Shown: positions 47,393 through 49,846 of the stretch, one piece after another
Layout: each line of letters begins with the position of its first letter
How positions within the stretch are numbered: position 1 is the first letter of the stretch
From: a virus
Taxonomy: Duplodnaviria > Caudoviricetes
Length of the DNA stretch: 49,846 nucleotides
IMG/VR virus record: IMGVR_UViG_3300017565_000008
Location: 1-49,846 of that record
Direction: 5' to 3' (one strand)
Notes under the pieces: generated by a model
The model's input: the letters and a program-made list of their open reading frames with translations, nothing else
What the model was told of the DNA's origin: nothing
Databases searched by the model: none
Position numbers and translations under genes: made by a program

Positions 47393-47753
47393 AGTAATAA
47401 TAGCGGGTAGTAGGAATTGTCCTGAATACAACGTGGAATTGTTTAGGAAAATAGATAAAATATTGGGTAACATTGGTTGGGATGATTTAGAGATAGTTTC
47501 AGGAACTTGCAAAGGTGCGGATAAACTTGGAGAAAATTACGCAGACTTATATGGAGAGGATGCAAAACAATTCCCCGCAGATTGGGAAACATACGGTAAA
47601 AGCGCAGGATATATCCGTAACAAACAAATGGCTCAATACGCCACTCATCTTATAGCATTATGGGATGGGCAAAGTAAAGGAACAAAGAATATGATAAACC
47701 TAGCTAAGCAATACGGTTTAAAAGTTAGAATAATCAATTTTAAGACACTCTAA
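47379..47753 (+). CDS. SLOG/YspA-like (DUF2493) protein
   Basis: IAGSR, IVSG..KGAD, ADW..YGKSAG..RN.QM and WDG.SKGT. Confidence 0.85.
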   Translation: MKANRVIIAGSRNCPEYNVELFRKIDKILGNIGWDDLEIVSGTCKGADKLGENYADLYGEDAKQFPADWETYGKSAGYIRNKQMAQYATHLIALWDGQSKGTKNMINLAKQYGLKVRIINFKTL

Positions 47754-47765
47754 CACGTTTTTGAT

Positions 47766-48017
47766 ATGAACACACGTAAAAACAATTTAAAGCCGTTAGA
47801 GCCGATTAAAACACGTCTAGTTAACGAAGATGGTAGTATTAACCTTGTTGAGTTCGAGATAGACGGCGTTTCTGCTCGAATAGTAGGAACACAAACGGGT
47901 GGAAGAAAAGTAAGTGAAGCAATCGACGAGGTTAGGTTTGAAACAGGAGAGAGGCGTTATTATACTAGAGGGGAACTATACCTACTTGAAAAAAATAATA
48001 AAATAAAACTTGTTTAA
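47766..48017 (+). CDS. Hypothetical protein
   Basis: 83 aa ORF. Confidence 0.55.
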   Translation: MNTRKNNLKPLEPIKTRLVNEDGSINLVEFEIDGVSARIVGTQTGGRKVSEAIDEVRFETGERRYYTRGELYLLEKNNKIKLV

Positions 48018-48062
48018 TTGAAAAGTAGTTTGTATCTTTGAAGTATCAAAACAGATAAAGAT

Positions 48063-48209
48063 ATGAAAACTGCATACCAACTTTACAGAAATGAATTAGA
48101 AACAATCAATCAATTGTTTGAATTAGGAATGATTTCTCATGTAGAAAAGATTTCAAAAGAAACTAGAGCAAAGTATTTGTATATTACACAAAAAAGAGAT
48201 AGCGAATAA
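48063..48209 (+). CDS. Hypothetical protein (48 aa, not in ORF track)
   Basis: MKTAYQLYRNEL...RDSE*; follows TTG-N20-TATCTTTG. Confidence 0.55.
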   Translation: MKTAYQLYRNELETINQLFELGMISHVEKISKETRAKYLYITQKRDSE

Positions 48210-48215
48210 AAAACA

Positions 48216-48311
48216 ACACCATTGGCGAAATTTAAACGCAAGGGATGTAAAATTGTGAGTAATCAATATATGACCCGAACTCACTTACAGGTATCGAACC
48301 CTGTATGGTAA
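48216..48311 (+). ncRNA. Degenerate tRNA-like element
   Basis: ACCAT/ATGGT acceptor-like stem, TGGCGAAA...AAACGC D-arm, GTGAGT/ACTCAC long arm and ACAGG-TATCGAAC-CCTGT T-arm; anticodon stem is defective. Confidence 0.55.
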
Positions 48312-48318
48312 AGTTGTT

Positions 48319-48339
48319 AACCGCCTAACAAGCGGTTTT
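48319..48339 (+). terminator. Intrinsic terminator after the tRNA-like element
   Basis: AACCGC/GCGGTT stem plus T-run. Confidence 0.7.
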
Positions 48340-48420
48340 TACTATTTATATTATACTAACCCAATCCGTTTAAAAATAATTTAGTATATTTGTACTTAGG
48401 TGAGAACCGTTTTTATTATT

Positions 48421-48795
48421 ATGGAGAATTTAGGAGGAAGACCACCGCATTATAATAATGCAGAGGAATTGCTTGCAAAAGCAGAGGAATATTTTAATTC
48501 AGTTAGTAAGCCAACTATAACAAGATTGTGCTTACATCTTGGTTTTGAATCACGTCAGAGCTTCTATGCTTATGAGCAAAAAGAGGGGTTTAGTTACGCT
48601 ATAAAGAGGTTGAGGACTAGAATCGAGGCGGAGTATGAAGATTTGGTAACAGACAAAGACCACGCAACAGCAGGGGTTATCTTTGCGCTTAAGAATCTAG
48701 GCTGGTCAGATAAAACCGAAATCGACCATACGTCAGCAGGAGAGAAGCTAGATACGTCTACTAAGATTGTTTTTAGTAAGGGTAGTAAGAAGTAG
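48421..48795 (+). CDS. terS: Terminase small subunit (P22 gp3/Sf6-like)
   Basis: GGRPP.Y...EEL......YF, PTIT.L..HLGF.SRQ..Y.Y and IFALKN.GW.DK; directly upstream of terL. Confidence 0.88.
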   Translation: MENLGGRPPHYNNAEELLAKAEEYFNSVSKPTITRLCLHLGFESRQSFYAYEQKEGFSYAIKRLRTRIEAEYEDLVTDKDHATAGVIFALKNLGWSDKTEIDHTSAGEKLDTSTKIVFSKGSKK

Positions 48796-48812
48796 TTTCG
48801 TATCTTTGTGAT

Positions 48813-49846
48813 ATGGAATTGAGTTTAAGTGAAAAGTACGAGCCATTATTTGAATTATTAAGCGGTGAGTATCCTGATATTGACACTGTAGTAATAACAG
48901 GTGGTCGTAACAGTCAGAAGTCATTTGCAGTCGGTACTTGGGCGTGTGTAGCCGCTAAGGATTGCGCTTATAATATACTTTACACTAGATATACTCTTGT
49001 CAGCGCAGAGGATAGCATCATCCCGGAATTTAACGAGAAATTAGAAATACTCAATGCTTATAATAGCTTCGATGTTACTAAGGACAGAATCAATGGTCAT
49101 AACGGAAGCAAGATTGTATTTAAGGGAATACGCACATCAAGCGGTAACCAAACAGCGGCTTTAAAGTCATTAAAGGGATTTAACGTTTTCGTTCTTGAAG
49201 AAGCTGAAGAAATGCCTAGTTTCGATCAATGGGATAAGATTAAGAAATCTATTCGTAGCAATGATAAACAGAATATTAACATCCTTATACTTAACCCTAC
49301 GACAAAAACCCATTGGATATATACTGAATTATTCGAAGAACGTGGTGTCCCTGAGGGATGGAACGGTATTAAAGACAACGTGATGTATATTCATTCTAGT
49401 TACTTAGATATGGATAGAAATCTGATAGCCGACAACTTGTGGAATGACTTTGAGGATAAACGTGTAGCATACGAGGAATGGATTAAGTTACCACAATCAG
49501 AGCAAGACCACAGCCCATTAAAGAAGAAAGCCAAGTACTACAAGCACGTAATTATGGGGGGATGGCTTGAAAAATCAGAAGGGGTTATATTTGAGAATTG
49601 GGAATTAGGAGAATTTAAGGAAACGGAGTTAATGCGTTGGGGTAATGACTTTGGTTTTAGCAATGACCCAACAACACTTGTCAATATTGCTATTGATAAA
49701 AAAACAGAACGAATCTACCTTAAAGAAGAATTATACCGAACCAGGATGACCACCGACGACGTGGCTCAAGTTATGAAACATCGTTGCGGAAATGATTTGA
49801 TTGTTTCTGATAGCGCAGAACCAAGGTTAATACATGAGTTGCAGAA
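48813..49846 (+). CDS. terL: Terminase large subunit, N-terminal ATPase part (continues at 1..379)
   Basis: MELSLSEKYEPL...GGRNSQKS (Walker A), LKSLKG, VLEEAEE (Walker B), LNP and GNDFGFSNDP. Confidence 0.93.
   Translation, partial: MELSLSEKYEPLFELLSGEYPDIDTVVITGGRNSQKSFAVGTWACVAAKDCAYNILYTRYTLVSAEDSIIPEFNEKLEILNAYNSFDVTKDRINGHNGSKIVFKGIRTSSGNQTAALKSLKGFNVFVLEEAEEMPSFDQWDKIKKSIRSNDKQNINILILNPTTKTHWIYTELFEERGVPEGWNGIKDNVMYIHSSYLDMDRNLIADNLWNDFEDKRVAYEEWIKLPQSEQDHSPLKKKAKYYKHVIMGGWLEKSEGVIFENWELGEFKETELMRWGNDFGFSNDPTTLVNIAIDKKTERIYLKEELYRTRMTTDDVAQVMKHRCGNDLIVSDSAEPRLIHELQ
49724..49846. repeat. Terminal direct repeat (copy of 1..123)
   Basis: Identical to the window start. Confidence 0.95.

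Noticed and set aside
48216-48311. Functional tRNA
   Set aside because: Only 5 of 7 acceptor pairs form, the anticodon stem is unpaired, the T-loop is atypical and there is no CCA; kept only as tRNA-like.
1154-49383. Many short overlapping ORFs in the track (e.g. 1432-, 10554-, 17394-, 27487-, 28237-, 28810-, 33684-, 49195+)
   Set aside because: They are shadow frames on the opposite strand of, or inside, well-supported genes, with no expression signals or motifs.

Overview
The window is essentially a complete, circularly permuted genome of about 49.7 kb from a tailed (siphovirus-like, HK97-fold) phage. The first 123 nt repeat the last 123 nt, and the large terminase gene runs through that junction. 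The host is almost certainly Bacteroidota, judging by the many TTTG-N19/20-TAnnTTTG promoters, the lack of Shine-Dalgarno sites and Bacteroidota-type SSB, primase and spanin genes. It encodes terminase, portal, prohead protease, capsid, connectors, a beta-helix spike, two tail-tube paralogues, a -1 frameshifted tail chaperone, tape measure, tail tip and GH19 endolysin/holin/u-spanin. The replication block has Sak/Rad52, exonuclease, SSB, helicase and primase-helicase, alongside an SNF2 helicase and DNA methylase pair. It also carries three GT2 glycosyltransferases and six free-standing homing endonuclease genes (HEGs). I saw no integrase, DNA polymerase, reverse transcriptase or CRISPR array. 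Main observations: (1) three HEGs from two nuclease families have ~95-110 nt leaders that differ in sequence but share one predicted fold, in which the loop of a 5' hairpin is complementary to the loop of a terminator-like hairpin, each with its own 7-8 nt code; (2) the putative replication origin occurs twice, and the second copy abuts a third origin-like element built from a different iteron word; (3) a glycosyltransferase trio sits inside the head module; (4) there is a degenerate tRNA-like RNA; (5) many genes look leaderless. All protein calls come from recognising motifs by eye, not from database searches.
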